Shown: one piece after another, positions 35,390 to 44,923 of the stretch | Layout of the letters: each line of letters starts with the position of its first letter | Numbering within the stretch: the stretch's first letter is position 1 | DNA from: Deltaproteobacteria bacterium | Lineage (GTDB): Bacteria; Desulfobacterota; DSM-4660; Desulfatiglandales; HGW-15 | NCBI GenBank assembly: GCA_016930835.1 | Contig: JAFGGA010000173.1 | Span: 6,156 to 70,155, forward strand | Reading direction: 5' to 3' | Length of the DNA: 64,000 bases | Translations under genes and position numbers: made by a program | Notes under the pieces: generated by a model | Databases searched by the model: none | What the model was told of the DNA's origin: nothing | What the model saw: only the letters and a program-made list of their open reading frames with translations

Positions 35390-38029
35390 TTAACCTCCAA
35401 ACACGATTTTAAATGACCCATCAACATCCATATCCAAGTGCACCTCAGCGGGCAGGATTCCTTCGCCCATGCAGGACAGGATCTCGTGGGACATGCGGGG
35501 CATGATGGTGCCGGTCATGATGTGATCAATGTTCCGGGCCCCGGTCTCCACTTCCGTGCAGCGGGCTGTGATCTGGTCCACGACTTGAGGGGAATAGGTG
35601 AGTTTCATCTTATGCACGGCGACGAGCCGCTTGACCAGTTTATCCAACTTGAGGATCACGATATCCTTGAGGATATCAGCCGGCAAGGTAAAATAGGGCA
35701 CCAGGGTCATACGGGCCAGGAGCGCGGGTTTGAAGTGGTTACTCAGGATGGGCCGGATGGCGGCGGCGACTGTTACGAGATCCGGTCGCTCATTACCGGA
35801 GCATAATTCGGTGATCACGTCCGTGGCCAGGTTGCTGGTCAGAAAGATCACGGTATTTTTAAAGTCAATGATTCGGCCTTCCCCATCGGCCAGCGTGCCC
35901 TTATCAAATACCTGATAAAAGAGGTTCATAACCTCCAGGTGTCCTTTTTCCACTTCATCGATCAGGACCACCGAGTAAGGACGCTGCCGGACGGCCTCGG
36001 TAAGCACACCCCCCTCGCCATAGCCCACATAGCCCGGAGGAGACCCGATTAAGCGGCTGACCGTGTGCTTTTCCTGAAACTCACTCATATTGACGGTCAC
36101 CATGAAATTTTCACCACCAAACAGGAGATCGGCAATGGCCAGACCGGTCTCGGTCTTGCCCACCCCGCTGGGTCCCACCAGAAGGAAGACACCCAGGGGC
36201 TGGTTGGGATCTTTGATGCCGGCCTTGGCGGATTTGATCCCCTGGGCAATCATGGCGAGGGCCTCATCCTGACCCTTGATACGCTGTCTGAGGTTCTCTT
36301 CCAGCTTGATCATATTCAGGGCATCGTCCTTCATGACATTGCCGAGCGGAATGCCCGTCCAGTCCGAAACCACCTTGGAAACCACATCCAGATCCACCTC
36401 GATCTTGACCAAGGCCATATCCCCCTGGACCTCTTTTAATTGGTTGAATGTGCTATCGATTTGGGTCCTAAGCTCATTTTCTCTTTTTTCATCAACCGTT
36501 CCGCTGCTTTTTGATTCATAAAGGGTTCGTCTCAGATCAATCACTTGATGGGCCAGGCCCTGTTCTTTTAACCAGCGATCTTTTAACTCTGTTAATTCCG
36601 CAGTGCCCTTTTCAATGCCCGTTCGAATATTCTCTTGCCGACCCGCATCAATCTCCATACCGTGCAACAGGTCCCGCTCCAAGGCCTTGTTTTCCCGTTC
36701 CAGGGCCTGGATGGCCCGCTCCTTGTCTTCAATGACATCGGGCTTGGCCGTGAGAAGGACCTTGACCCGGGCCGCGGCCGTATCCAAAAGATCCACGGCC
36801 TTATCCGGCAACTGGCGTCCGGATATATAACGGCTTGACAGGGCGGCCGCCGCTTCAACGGCGTCATCCCGGACGATCACATTGTGGGCCGTTTCATATT
36901 TTTCTTTGAGGCCCCGCAGGATCAAAACAGCGGTCTCCTCAGAGGGTTCATCCAATTTCACCAGTTGGAACCGGCGGGCCAGGGCCGCATCTTTTTCAAA
37001 GTATTTTTTATATTCCGACCATGTGGTGGCGGCAACCGTGCGGAGCTCCCCCCTGGCCAGAGCCGGTTTTAAGAGATTGGCCGCATCGCTCGTTCCTGAA
37101 GCGCCACCCGCACCGATCAGGGTGTGGGCCTCGTCAATAAAAAGGATAATGGGCCTTTCCGATGCCTTGATCTCATTGATCACGGACTTGAGCCGGTTCT
37201 CGAATTCTCCCTTCATTCCGGCCCCGGCCTGAAGTAGGCCCATATCCAGCCCCAGAATGGAGACATCTCGCAGCAGCTCCGGGACATCCCCTTCCACAAC
37301 CCGTAATGCCAGTCCTTCCACGACCGCTGTTTTACCCACACCCGCTTCGCCCACCACGATGGGGTTGTTTTTGCGCCGCCGCGCCAGGATATCGATCATC
37401 TGGCGTATCTCCCGGTCCCTCCCGAAAACGGGGTCAATATCACCGGCCTCGGCCTTGGCCGTAAAATCCACACAGAATCGGGGCAAAGCGTTTCCATCTG
37501 CTGGGGCCGCGGCTTGCTCTGCACCGGTATCCCCGCGGGCGCTCTGTTTTTCCGAAGAGCTTTTTAAGATGTCCCAAAACCGGGCCATCAGGGTATCCCG
37601 ACTGATGGTACTGAAAAGATCCATGTAACCATTCCCGGCTAGTTGGGAGGATCGGTTGAGCAGGGAAAGCATCAAGGCCCCGGATCGAATTCGATTTTCG
37701 CTGAGATCCACCGATGCCGTCAACCATGCCTCTTGGATCCACTCCATTAATAAAGGTGAAAAAACCGGTTTGGCCGCGTTACCGGTCTTGTATTCCTCCA
37801 GAGATTCGTCCACCGCCTTTTGGACCCGACCGGCATCCATATCAAAGTGACGCAGGATCAACGGGATATCCGCGTTGAGGTCATCCAGCAATTTGGTCAG
37901 CAGATGTTCCACTGTGACCTCATAGTGTGTTCGTGAAACACACATCCCGGCGGCCGCCTCCAGGCATCTTGTGCAATATGGATTCAGACGACTTAAAAGT
38001 GATTTGATATCCACTGAAATCATAAGCAT
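35390..38029 (-). CDS. clpV: T6SS AAA+ ATPase ClpV (TssH)
   Basis: 879 aa. Two Walker A sites (GEAGVGKTA and GPSGVGKTE) and the ClpB-like architecture, positioned between tssG and vgrG. Confidence 0.93.
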   Translation of the reverse strand: MLMISVDIKSLLSRLNPYCTRCLEAAAGMCVSRTHYEVTVEHLLTKLLDDLNADIPLILRHFDMDAGRVQKAVDESLEEYKTGNAAKPVFSPLLMEWIQEAWLTASVDLSENRIRSGALMLSLLNRSSQLAGNGYMDLFSTISRDTLMARFWDILKSSSEKQSARGDTGAEQAAAPADGNALPRFCVDFTAKAEAGDIDPVFGRDREIRQMIDILARRRKNNPIVVGEAGVGKTAVVEGLALRVVEGDVPELLRDVSILGLDMGLLQAGAGMKGEFENRLKSVINEIKASERPIILFIDEAHTLIGAGGASGTSDAANLLKPALARGELRTVAATTWSEYKKYFEKDAALARRFQLVKLDEPSEETAVLILRGLKEKYETAHNVIVRDDAVEAAAALSSRYISGRQLPDKAVDLLDTAAARVKVLLTAKPDVIEDKERAIQALERENKALERDLLHGMEIDAGRQENIRTGIEKGTAELTELKDRWLKEQGLAHQVIDLRRTLYESKSSGTVDEKRENELRTQIDSTFNQLKEVQGDMALVKIEVDLDVVSKVVSDWTGIPLGNVMKDDALNMIKLEENLRQRIKGQDEALAMIAQGIKSAKAGIKDPNQPLGVFLLVGPSGVGKTETGLAIADLLFGGENFMVTVNMSEFQEKHTVSRLIGSPPGYVGYGEGGVLTEAVRQRPYSVVLIDEVEKGHLEVMNLFYQVFDKGTLADGEGRIIDFKNTVIFLTSNLATDVITELCSGNERPDLVTVAAAIRPILSNHFKPALLARMTLVPYFTLPADILKDIVILKLDKLVKRLVAVHKMKLTYSPQVVDQITARCTEVETGARNIDHIMTGTIMPRMSHEILSCMGEGILPAEVHLDMDVDGSFKIVFGG

Positions 38030-38090
38030 GTCCTTTCAAGATATATGCGTTTTGAATCGAAAATCATTCTCATTGAAAACCTTGATCATC

Positions 38091-38164
38091 GGGCGCAAGG
38101 TACAGGGCCTTGAATAAGAAGTCTTGGGTTTAAAAACCATGCGCCTTGTGCCATGGGCCTTGAG
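38091..38164. repeat. Family B palindromic repeat (GCGCAAGG-periodic arms) at the tssG / clpV junction
   Basis: GGGCGCAAGGTACAGGGCCTTGA ... CCATGCGCCTTGTGCCATGGGCCTTGAG. The reverse arm encodes the last residues and stop of tssG. Confidence 0.65.
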
Positions 38165-39197
38165 TCTTATCCTTTTTCGGATGAAAAATCACACGTACTT
38201 CTCCCAATTCCCGAGAAGAAAAGATCCATGTGTCCATGCCCAAGGTGGACCGTGTTGGATCACCCAGACAGATGGTTTGGGCTGCACCCTCGGCCATGAT
38301 GAGTTCTATGTCGTATTCAAGGGGCTCGACAAAATAAAATTTCGTCAAGAATATAAGTCGTTCAAAAGCGTCGGTGCCAGGCGAAAAACGTTTATAATCA
38401 TCCCCGAACAAAGGTCCGACTTGAATTCGAAATTTGCCCATACGATCTTCCATATGATCGCCGAGATAGGAATCCATGCCCAAACTGGAGCCTTCTTCTC
38501 CTCCTAAGCGGAGTCGTTGGTCTTCCGGGACCTGAACCGTCCTTTGAATACAGGGAATCACAGCCACCTGGATTCCGAAAGCATCGGTCAATAATGTCTC
38601 CAGCCCCCGGGCGGATCGGGGAAATTGGGTCAACAGGCCCAAATAGCGTAACAACCGATATGGTTCGGCGATATCCCTTCGAATGGATTCTCCTCCCAGC
38701 CCTAGAAGACAAAACAACCGGTTGATGTGCGATGGGTCCTCTTCTTCCACTACTTTTAGATAAAGACGATACTTGGACCAGGATTCAAACAACAAAGAAA
38801 AAAGGCGTTGGTTGATGATATTGATGAAATCGCGGGTGGTTGATTCATCCTCGTTTGCTTCGTCAATAAGATCTTCCGTGTAAAAGATCGGTAAAGGGGA
38901 TGAAGAACCATAAAGCCCTAAGATGTTGGCAAGGATTAAAAATTTCGGGTTATCAACATCTCCCGTATTTTGGATGCTTTCCACATCCGAGGCCGGAAAT
39001 GCCAAGGATAATGCAGGGTGAATCCTGAGGACATCACCCGTGAAAAGATCGGATTCGGATTTCCCGGACGATTTTGAGATATAAAAGCGCAGCAGACGAA
39101 GAATCTGAAAAAAGGAAAAGGAATGCCCTTCTTTTAAAAGCTCGTCCATTAGGTTTGTAATCATTTTTCCCCTACCCATAAAATATGGTCCATCCAA
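38130..39197 (-). CDS. tssG: T6SS baseplate protein TssG
   Basis: FSFFQILRLL N-terminal signature, and position after tssF. The start may be ATG 39164. Confidence 0.85.
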   Translation of the reverse strand: MDGPYFMGRGKMITNLMDELLKEGHSFSFFQILRLLRFYISKSSGKSESDLFTGDVLRIHPALSLAFPASDVESIQNTGDVDNPKFLILANILGLYGSSSPLPIFYTEDLIDEANEDESTTRDFINIINQRLFSLLFESWSKYRLYLKVVEEEDPSHINRLFCLLGLGGESIRRDIAEPYRLLRYLGLLTQFPRSARGLETLLTDAFGIQVAVIPCIQRTVQVPEDQRLRLGGEEGSSLGMDSYLGDHMEDRMGKFRIQVGPLFGDDYKRFSPGTDAFERLIFLTKFYFVEPLEYDIELIMAEGAAQTICLGDPTRSTLGMDTWIFSSRELGEVRVIFHPKKDKTQGPWHKAHGF

Positions 39198-39293
39198 CAG
39201 TCAGCCAATGATTTGTTTTTTTAGGTTTTAGCTGAAGGCTGAAAGCTGATTTCTGATGGCACGAATCCAGAAACGCCAGTTTATGGGTTCGTA

Positions 39294-41027
39294 TCAAATA
39301 AGGGGATGATCCCCGATCTTGGCCGGCCATTGGTATGTTTCTCCCGTTAGCATTTCCATTAATAAAAATCGGGTAAAGGTATTCATGGACGCATATGATC
39401 CCAAAAAACTATCCAAAACGCTTCCAAAAAGGAAAAGATCCCCTTGGCTCGCAAAATGGTCATGCCGGGCCTCTAATTGGATCTCACGGCCTCGCATCAT
39501 AACACCTGATACGAGTCGGTCCGCCCCCATGGATTGGATGGATTGGATGCCTGCGATGCGCTTCTGATTGGCCAGAAAGCCCTCGGGCTTATGAGGGTCT
39601 TGAAATAAATATAGGCTCAACAATTCTTGTATATTTTTGGTACTTGCCAGCGAGGCGTAATTTAAAGAGAGATGAGAGATCAAACGCCACAAAAGGGCTG
39701 TACCAACAGGCGGTAAGATATGACTGCTGGGGGGACTTAGGTTTTTAAAAGTAACCTGCTCCGGGGAGCTGCTGGTGGGTAAAGAGATATCACCGGCGCG
39801 GATGGCTTGGGGTAAGAATCCGTTGGTGCAAAGGAGTTCAATGGATAGGGTTTCCGAGGCCGGAAGTCCGGATTCGGGTGGATAGGCGACGGATAAATAG
39901 AGGTCGATGCCAGATCGAACGGGTGAGTGCTTGATAGTGATGTGATAAACCGGATCGGCTTTTGGTTTGGGGCTAAAATATTCGAAGGGCAGATAGGTCC
40001 TTTCTTCCGCGGTTCCCTGTATAAAACCCGTCACCTTTTCAATCGAGTATATCTGGTAATGTGTGTCTTTACGGCTGGAAGGGCGTACCCGGTATTCAGT
40101 CTTGCGATGATCCAGCCGTATGGGATCGGCATCAAAAGGAAAAACATTGATGACCGGTGTGGCGGACAAGACAAAATGGTTTGTTTTAAGACGCGGTATC
40201 ATCATTGGAATTTGATTTAATTCAAAACGGACCTCGAATCGATTGCCGCTCCCCCTCTCCTGCCAATGCTCCCATCCAATCAGGTCAAGAAAAAGAAACT
40301 TTTCAGGCAAGATAAAATATTCCTGGATGGTGCGATATCCCGGAAACGAGTTGGCGGGATACGGGATAATGCCGTCCATTAAACTGAATCCAACCGGTTT
40401 TAGATGTTCAGGGGTAAGTATCACTCCGTTGCTTGAACCTTCACTCTGAATATGGATTGATTTTACATAACGCCTCAAGATCAGGTAAAGATCGGCCGCG
40501 GTAGGATAATCACCACCCAAAAAAAAGCGCAAGGATGTCGGCCGCCAATCCTCAAGGTTGGCGCCCAGGAACTCCATGGATAATCGAATGGCCGGTGATT
40601 GCCCTGAGGTTTCCACAAGAGAGGCGTCCAGAACCCTTAATGGATGGACCTCAACGGGGTAACATGTTTGAAACAGACAGGATGTCTCCTCTATCGGGGT
40701 TGAGGCCAACTGGACACCCTTTGGAATGATCAGGGATTGTTTTAAAATGGGTTTCGGCGTAAAGGCCACAATGGATGCGGACGGTAATGGACGCAAGTAA
40801 TGGGGCCATATCAACTGTACCAGTTCATGGATGATTTCCGGGAATTCGTCATCCAGTTTTTGGCGCAACAGGGCAGTCAAAAAAGCCGTACCCTCTAATA
40901 GTCGGTCCACATCCGGGTCCGTTGATCGGCCGCTGAGCATGGGGGCCAAGGCCGGATGGGCTTTTGAGAACTCAGCCCCCAGGTCTTTTAGATTATCCAG
41001 TTCCTGTTGGAAATAACGGTTAAACAT
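39294..41027 (-). CDS. tssF: T6SS baseplate protein TssF
   Basis: MFNRYFQQELDNLKDLGAEFSKAHPALAPMLSG...DPDVDRLLEGTAFL is the canonical TssF N-terminus. Confidence 0.92.
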   Translation of the reverse strand: MFNRYFQQELDNLKDLGAEFSKAHPALAPMLSGRSTDPDVDRLLEGTAFLTALLRQKLDDEFPEIIHELVQLIWPHYLRPLPSASIVAFTPKPILKQSLIIPKGVQLASTPIEETSCLFQTCYPVEVHPLRVLDASLVETSGQSPAIRLSMEFLGANLEDWRPTSLRFFLGGDYPTAADLYLILRRYVKSIHIQSEGSSNGVILTPEHLKPVGFSLMDGIIPYPANSFPGYRTIQEYFILPEKFLFLDLIGWEHWQERGSGNRFEVRFELNQIPMMIPRLKTNHFVLSATPVINVFPFDADPIRLDHRKTEYRVRPSSRKDTHYQIYSIEKVTGFIQGTAEERTYLPFEYFSPKPKADPVYHITIKHSPVRSGIDLYLSVAYPPESGLPASETLSIELLCTNGFLPQAIRAGDISLPTSSSPEQVTFKNLSPPSSHILPPVGTALLWRLISHLSLNYASLASTKNIQELLSLYLFQDPHKPEGFLANQKRIAGIQSIQSMGADRLVSGVMMRGREIQLEARHDHFASQGDLFLFGSVLDSFLGSYASMNTFTRFLLMEMLTGETYQWPAKIGDHPLI

Positions 41028-41096
41028 AAAGCGAATCTCGTGTGTTGATCTGAATTCAAAAGACAGATCTCTTATGGTTCATGAATGTCTAATATT

Positions 41097-41181
41097 GGCG
41101 CAAGGCGCAGGGCGCAAAGGGGAAAACCAAACCCCTGCACCTTACGCCTCGCGCTATACCCCATGCGCTTTGCGCTATGCC
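41097..41181. repeat. Family B palindromic repeat at the tssE / tssF junction
   Basis: GGCGCAAGGCGCAGGGCGCAAAGGGG, a 9-nt loop, then CCCCTGCACCTTACGCCTCGCGCTATACCCCATGCGCTTTGCGCTATGCC. Confidence 0.7.
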
Positions 41182-41187
41182 GATACC

Positions 41188-41601
41188 TCAAGCCCTGATG
41201 GTGACCTTTCCTTCCGAATCCATCATGCTTTCAAATATGACCTGATTTTTTTCTCCTTCCAGGGAGAGTTTCCCGATGATCTGAAAACTCAGAGCAAGCC
41301 TATTTTCATCCTGCTGTATAAATTTGACCCTCACGGATTGAAGCCTGGGTTCGTATTTCATTATGGTATTGCGGATCAACCGTTCCAGATCCCTTAAGGC
41401 ATCCGGAAATCCCGAACGAATGTCCGAAAAATCGGGGATACCGAAATCATCGGCGATCTGGGCGCTCCCCCATCGGGTATTGAGGATTCGTTCCAGATGC
41501 CGGATAATGGAATCAATCATCCGTTTAGGGTCCTGACTTCCCCGTTGGTCGGGGGCCTTTTCCCATAAACGAATACGTTCAGTCAGTCGCTCTTCTCTCA
41601 T
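41188..41601 (-). CDS. tssE: T6SS baseplate protein TssE (gp25-like)
   Basis: SIIRHLERILNTRWGSAQIADDFGIPDFS is the TssE/GPW_gp25 signature. Confidence 0.9.
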   Translation of the reverse strand: MREERLTERIRLWEKAPDQRGSQDPKRMIDSIIRHLERILNTRWGSAQIADDFGIPDFSDIRSGFPDALRDLERLIRNTIMKYEPRLQSVRVKFIQQDENRLALSFQIIGKLSLEGEKNQVIFESMMDSEGKVTIRA

Positions 41602-41625
41602 TGAGATAACCCAAAATCAATTTGA

Positions 41626-42086
41626 ATCACGAAAACACGATTCCACCCCATCACCCAACCTCTAATGTTCTTGCCTCAAGGGGAATCCTGTTAGCCCTGC
41701 AGTCACCCCGGCGAAGGCCGGGGTCCAGAAATCTCCAGGAACCCTGGATTCCGGCCTCCGCCGGAATGACATCAGAGGCTTTTGTGTCTAGGTTCGGGCC
41801 TTAAATCAACAACATTGCACCTGACCTCTCCCCCTCAAGGTTGTGCTTTAATACGTAAAGCCCATCGTTCCGGACGAGCGGAGTGGAGCGAGATCCGGAA
41901 TCCAGAAATGCGTAGCCATTTTAAAAACTTCTGTATTCCGGCTTGCGCCCCGTTACATGGGGCTTGGCCGGAATGACGAATTATGACATAGTCTCCTCAC
42001 GGCGGAGAAGCATTTTCAGTCATGTGTGGTCTCGATGGGGGATTCATCCGCCTCGAAATGAAGCGGCTTTTTAGTGTTTTCGTGAT
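41626..42086. repeat. 461-bp repeat-filled insert in the hcp-tssE spacer, bracketed by a 13-bp inverted repeat
   Basis: ATCACGAAAACAC at 41626-41638 and GTGTTTTCGTGAT at 42074-42086. The interior carries GTCACCCCGG...CCGGGGTCCAGA and ...CCGGAATGAC hairpin modules (41700-41775 and 41880-41975). Confidence 0.55.
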
Positions 42087-42103
42087 CACTGATTTTTCAT
42101 TCT

Positions 42104-42619
42104 TTAACTTACCGGCGCCCTCCAATCATCACTACCGGACGTCGATGCCTTTTCGTGGGTCCAGGTGATTTTTCGATAACTGAATGAAACATCTTCCAGG
42201 TGCGTGAAATGGGCCTGGGATGGATCCTGACAATTGGGCATACGGGCCGTGATATTGGTGATGATGGCATCCTCCAGTTTGATCGTAAAATAATGTTCCT
42301 GGGTCCCGCTGACACTTGTTCTATACCATTTGATCTCGCATGTGGTCAGCTTTTCACCGGTCGTCAAGGCCGTATATAATAATGGTGATGACTTATCAAA
42401 AACCTTGGTGATGGTTAAAGGTTTATGGGCGCGCTGTCCCGTGGGCTGACCACTTTGAGGATCCGTGGGGACCGTGACCGTATGGTTGAACGCCTCAACC
42501 AGGATCTCATTTTCATGCCCTTCCTGGTATACATTTCCCACGCTGTCTTCCGTGAATGCCCCCTCCGTGATCTTTCCTTGTGTTGCCCCTTCAATGGTTA
42601 AATATGCAGGTGTCGGCAT
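42104..42619 (-). CDS. hcp: T6SS tube protein Hcp (TssD)
   Basis: 171 aa. MPTPAYLTIEGATQGKITEG...HKPLTITKVFDKSSPLL is the Hcp1-family pattern. Confidence 0.93.
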   Translation of the reverse strand: MPTPAYLTIEGATQGKITEGAFTEDSVGNVYQEGHENEILVEAFNHTVTVPTDPQSGQPTGQRAHKPLTITKVFDKSSPLLYTALTTGEKLTTCEIKWYRTSVSGTQEHYFTIKLEDAIITNITARMPNCQDPSQAHFTHLEDVSFSYRKITWTHEKASTSGSDDWRAPVS

Positions 42620-42702
42620 GACTTATCTCCTTTCTTAAATGAATAATATTTTTGAATGTTTTTTTTGCCTCAAAATTCTCCTCGCTAGGACTTAAGTAAA
42701 TT

Positions 42703-42803
42703 GCAAAGCGCACGGCGCATAGCGGACGACATTTAAAACAAAATACTCATTCATATAATAAGACCCTTCGACCTTTCATCTTTCACCCTGCGCCTTGCGC
42801 CTT
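42703..42803. repeat. Family B repeat (two arms, ~58-nt spacer) at the tssC / hcp junction
   Basis: GCAAAGCGCACGGCGCATAGCGG at 42703-42725 and CACCCTGCGCCTTGCGCCTT at 42784-42803. Confidence 0.6.
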
Positions 42804-44293
42804 TATTCTTTGTCCAGCTTCCCGACCAGACTTAAGGTAAAGGATGCCCCCATGTATTTAAAATGGGGACGAACCTTCATCCCTACACGATACCAGCCGG
42901 GCTCACCTTCCACATCCTCCACCGTGATCTGGGCCTGTCGCAATGGACGCCGGCTTCGTGTATCGGCGCTTGGATTATCCTGATCCGCGATGTACTGGCG
43001 TATCCAAGTGTTCAGTTCCCTATCCAGATCGGCCCTTTCTTTCCAGCTGCCGATATTTTCCCTTTGGATCACCTTGAGATAATGGGCCAATCGATTCGCT
43101 ACGAACATATATGGCAATTGGGTTCCCAACTTATAATTCAGTTCAGCCTCTTTACCTTCCGGGCTTTGGCCGAAGGTTTTGGGTTTTTGAGCTGAATTGG
43201 CTGAAAAAAAACAAGCGTTGTCGCTGCCTTTTCGCATGGCCAGGGAAATAAATCCCTCATCAGCGAGTTCAAATTCCCGGCGATCGGATATCAATACCTC
43301 CGTGGGGATCTTCGTCTGAATGGCCCCCATGGCCTCGAATTGGTGCAAGGGCAAGTCATCCACTGTTCCACCGCCCAATGGCCCGATGACATTCGTACAC
43401 CAACGATATTTCGCAAAACTGTCCGTCAGACGGGAGGCAAAGGCAAAGGCGGTATTTCCCCACAGATAATCCTCATGGGATGCGGATACATTTTCATCAT
43501 AATGAAAGGCCTTAACCGGAACCGTGTCCGGGCCGTAAGGCTGACGGAGCAGAAACCGCGGAAGTGTCAGGGCGACATAACGCGCATCCTCCGACTCCCG
43601 GAAGGATTGCCATTTGATATACTGTGGGCCTTCAAACATGGACTTCAGATCCTTGAGATTGGGAAGTCCGTCAAAACTATCCAGCCCGAAAAATTGAGGG
43701 CCTGCAGCCGCAATAAACGGCGCATGGGACATGGCCGCCACGCTGGCAACATACTGTAGAAGCTTAATGTCCTGCGGGCCGGGTCCGAATTCATAATTGC
43801 CGATGATGTTTCCATAGGGTTTGCCGCCGAATTGACCGTATTCCGCCGTATAGACGGTCTTATAAAGTCCGGATTTGGTTACTTCAGGGGCATCCTCAAA
43901 ATCCTCTAAAAGATCCTCTTTACTGACATTGAGCAATTCCAACCTGACATTTTCACGGAAATCGGTCTTGTCCACCAGGTATTTTATAGATCGCCACGCT
44001 GATTCCATTTTTTGAAAATCCGGGTGATGCATAATGGCGTCTAACTGGCCACTTAATTTTTTGTCGATTTCCGCGATCATGTCATCCACAAGGGCCTTTG
44101 AAATTTTATCGACCCTTCGGCCCGGCTCTATCAGTTGGGCGATAAAGGCCTCCACGCCTTTTTTGGCAAGGGAATAACCTTCATCTTTGGGCTGGAGTCT
44201 GGTGGCGGTTACGATTTCATCGAGCAAAGAAGGCGCCTCAACTGCTTTTTCCTCCACGGCAGCAATTTTTTCTTGTTCACGTTCTTCGGCCAT
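42803..44293 (-). CDS. tssC: T6SS contractile sheath large subunit TssC (VipB)
   Basis: 496 aa. IMHHPDFQKMESAWRSIKYLV, with the remaining sequence typical of TssC. Confidence 0.95.
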   Translation of the reverse strand: MAEEREQEKIAAVEEKAVEAPSLLDEIVTATRLQPKDEGYSLAKKGVEAFIAQLIEPGRRVDKISKALVDDMIAEIDKKLSGQLDAIMHHPDFQKMESAWRSIKYLVDKTDFRENVRLELLNVSKEDLLEDFEDAPEVTKSGLYKTVYTAEYGQFGGKPYGNIIGNYEFGPGPQDIKLLQYVASVAAMSHAPFIAAAGPQFFGLDSFDGLPNLKDLKSMFEGPQYIKWQSFRESEDARYVALTLPRFLLRQPYGPDTVPVKAFHYDENVSASHEDYLWGNTAFAFASRLTDSFAKYRWCTNVIGPLGGGTVDDLPLHQFEAMGAIQTKIPTEVLISDRREFELADEGFISLAMRKGSDNACFFSANSAQKPKTFGQSPEGKEAELNYKLGTQLPYMFVANRLAHYLKVIQRENIGSWKERADLDRELNTWIRQYIADQDNPSADTRSRRPLRQAQITVEDVEGEPGWYRVGMKVRPHFKYMGASFTLSLVGKLDKE

Positions 44294-44307
44294 ATGGTTC
44301 CTCCTTT

Positions 44308-44793
44308 CTATTCCTCTGATTTAATCTCTTTTAAAAATCGTTCCCTTGCCGACTCATCTTTGATCAGTTCCTGGATTTTTTTACGAAATTCTGGACGATT
44401 GCTCATAGGACCCTTTAATGATGTCAGTGCTTCCCTGAGTTCCAGCAGCTTGTTGAGTTCCGGTGTATTCTTCGCAATGGCCTCGGGCTCGAAATCCTTT
44501 AATGATTCGAATTTGAGTGAAACACCTATTTCAGCATTCGGATCATCTGAAAGCCTGTTGGGCACCGTTATATCCATATTAAGGTTTTGCGCCTTCAACA
44601 CCTCATTAAAATTCTCTTTGTCAATATTGATGGGTTCCCGATCTTCCACCATACGATCGTCCTTTCGAAGCGTGAAATCCCCCATGATCAACAATTTGAG
44701 CGGTAGTTCCACTTCTTCTTTGGCGTCTCCCGTTGCGGGGCGATAAACAATATTTACCCTTTCCTTTGGAGCAACAGATCCTTCTTTTGCCAT
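44308..44793 (-). CDS. tssB: T6SS contractile sheath small subunit TssB (VipA)
   Basis: SVAPKERVNIVYRPATGDAKEEVELPLKLLIMGDFT is the canonical TssB start. Confidence 0.95.
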   Translation of the reverse strand: MAKEGSVAPKERVNIVYRPATGDAKEEVELPLKLLIMGDFTLRKDDRMVEDREPINIDKENFNEVLKAQNLNMDITVPNRLSDDPNAEIGVSLKFESLKDFEPEAIAKNTPELNKLLELREALTSLKGPMSNRPEFRKKIQELIKDESARERFLKEIKSEE

Positions 44794-44892
44794 GATAACC
44801 CCCTTCTGTTAAAATTAATTAAAAAAGACAGCTTTACATACGAATATGTCCTAATAGGTCGCGCGTAAAACCTTTTGTTCCAATTAAGCCTC

Positions 44893-44911
44893 CCCTCCCC
44901 TGAGGGGAGGG
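44893..44911 (-). other. GC-rich 8-bp hairpin (CCCTCCCC / GGGGAGGG, 3-nt loop) in the tssA-tssB spacer; not a canonical terminator
   Basis: Stem 44893-44900 pairs with 44904-44911. There is no clear U-tract after it on the transcribed (minus) strand. Confidence 0.4.
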
Positions 44912-44923
44912 AAAACTGATTGA

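Noticed and set aside
41622..41976. Small plus-strand ORFs 41622-41804 and 41782-41976 in the hcp-tssE spacer.
   Set aside because: They are read straight through hairpin repeat modules (...PASAGMTSEAF...), which is typical translation of GGAATGAC-type repeats. There is no RBS or coding signal.
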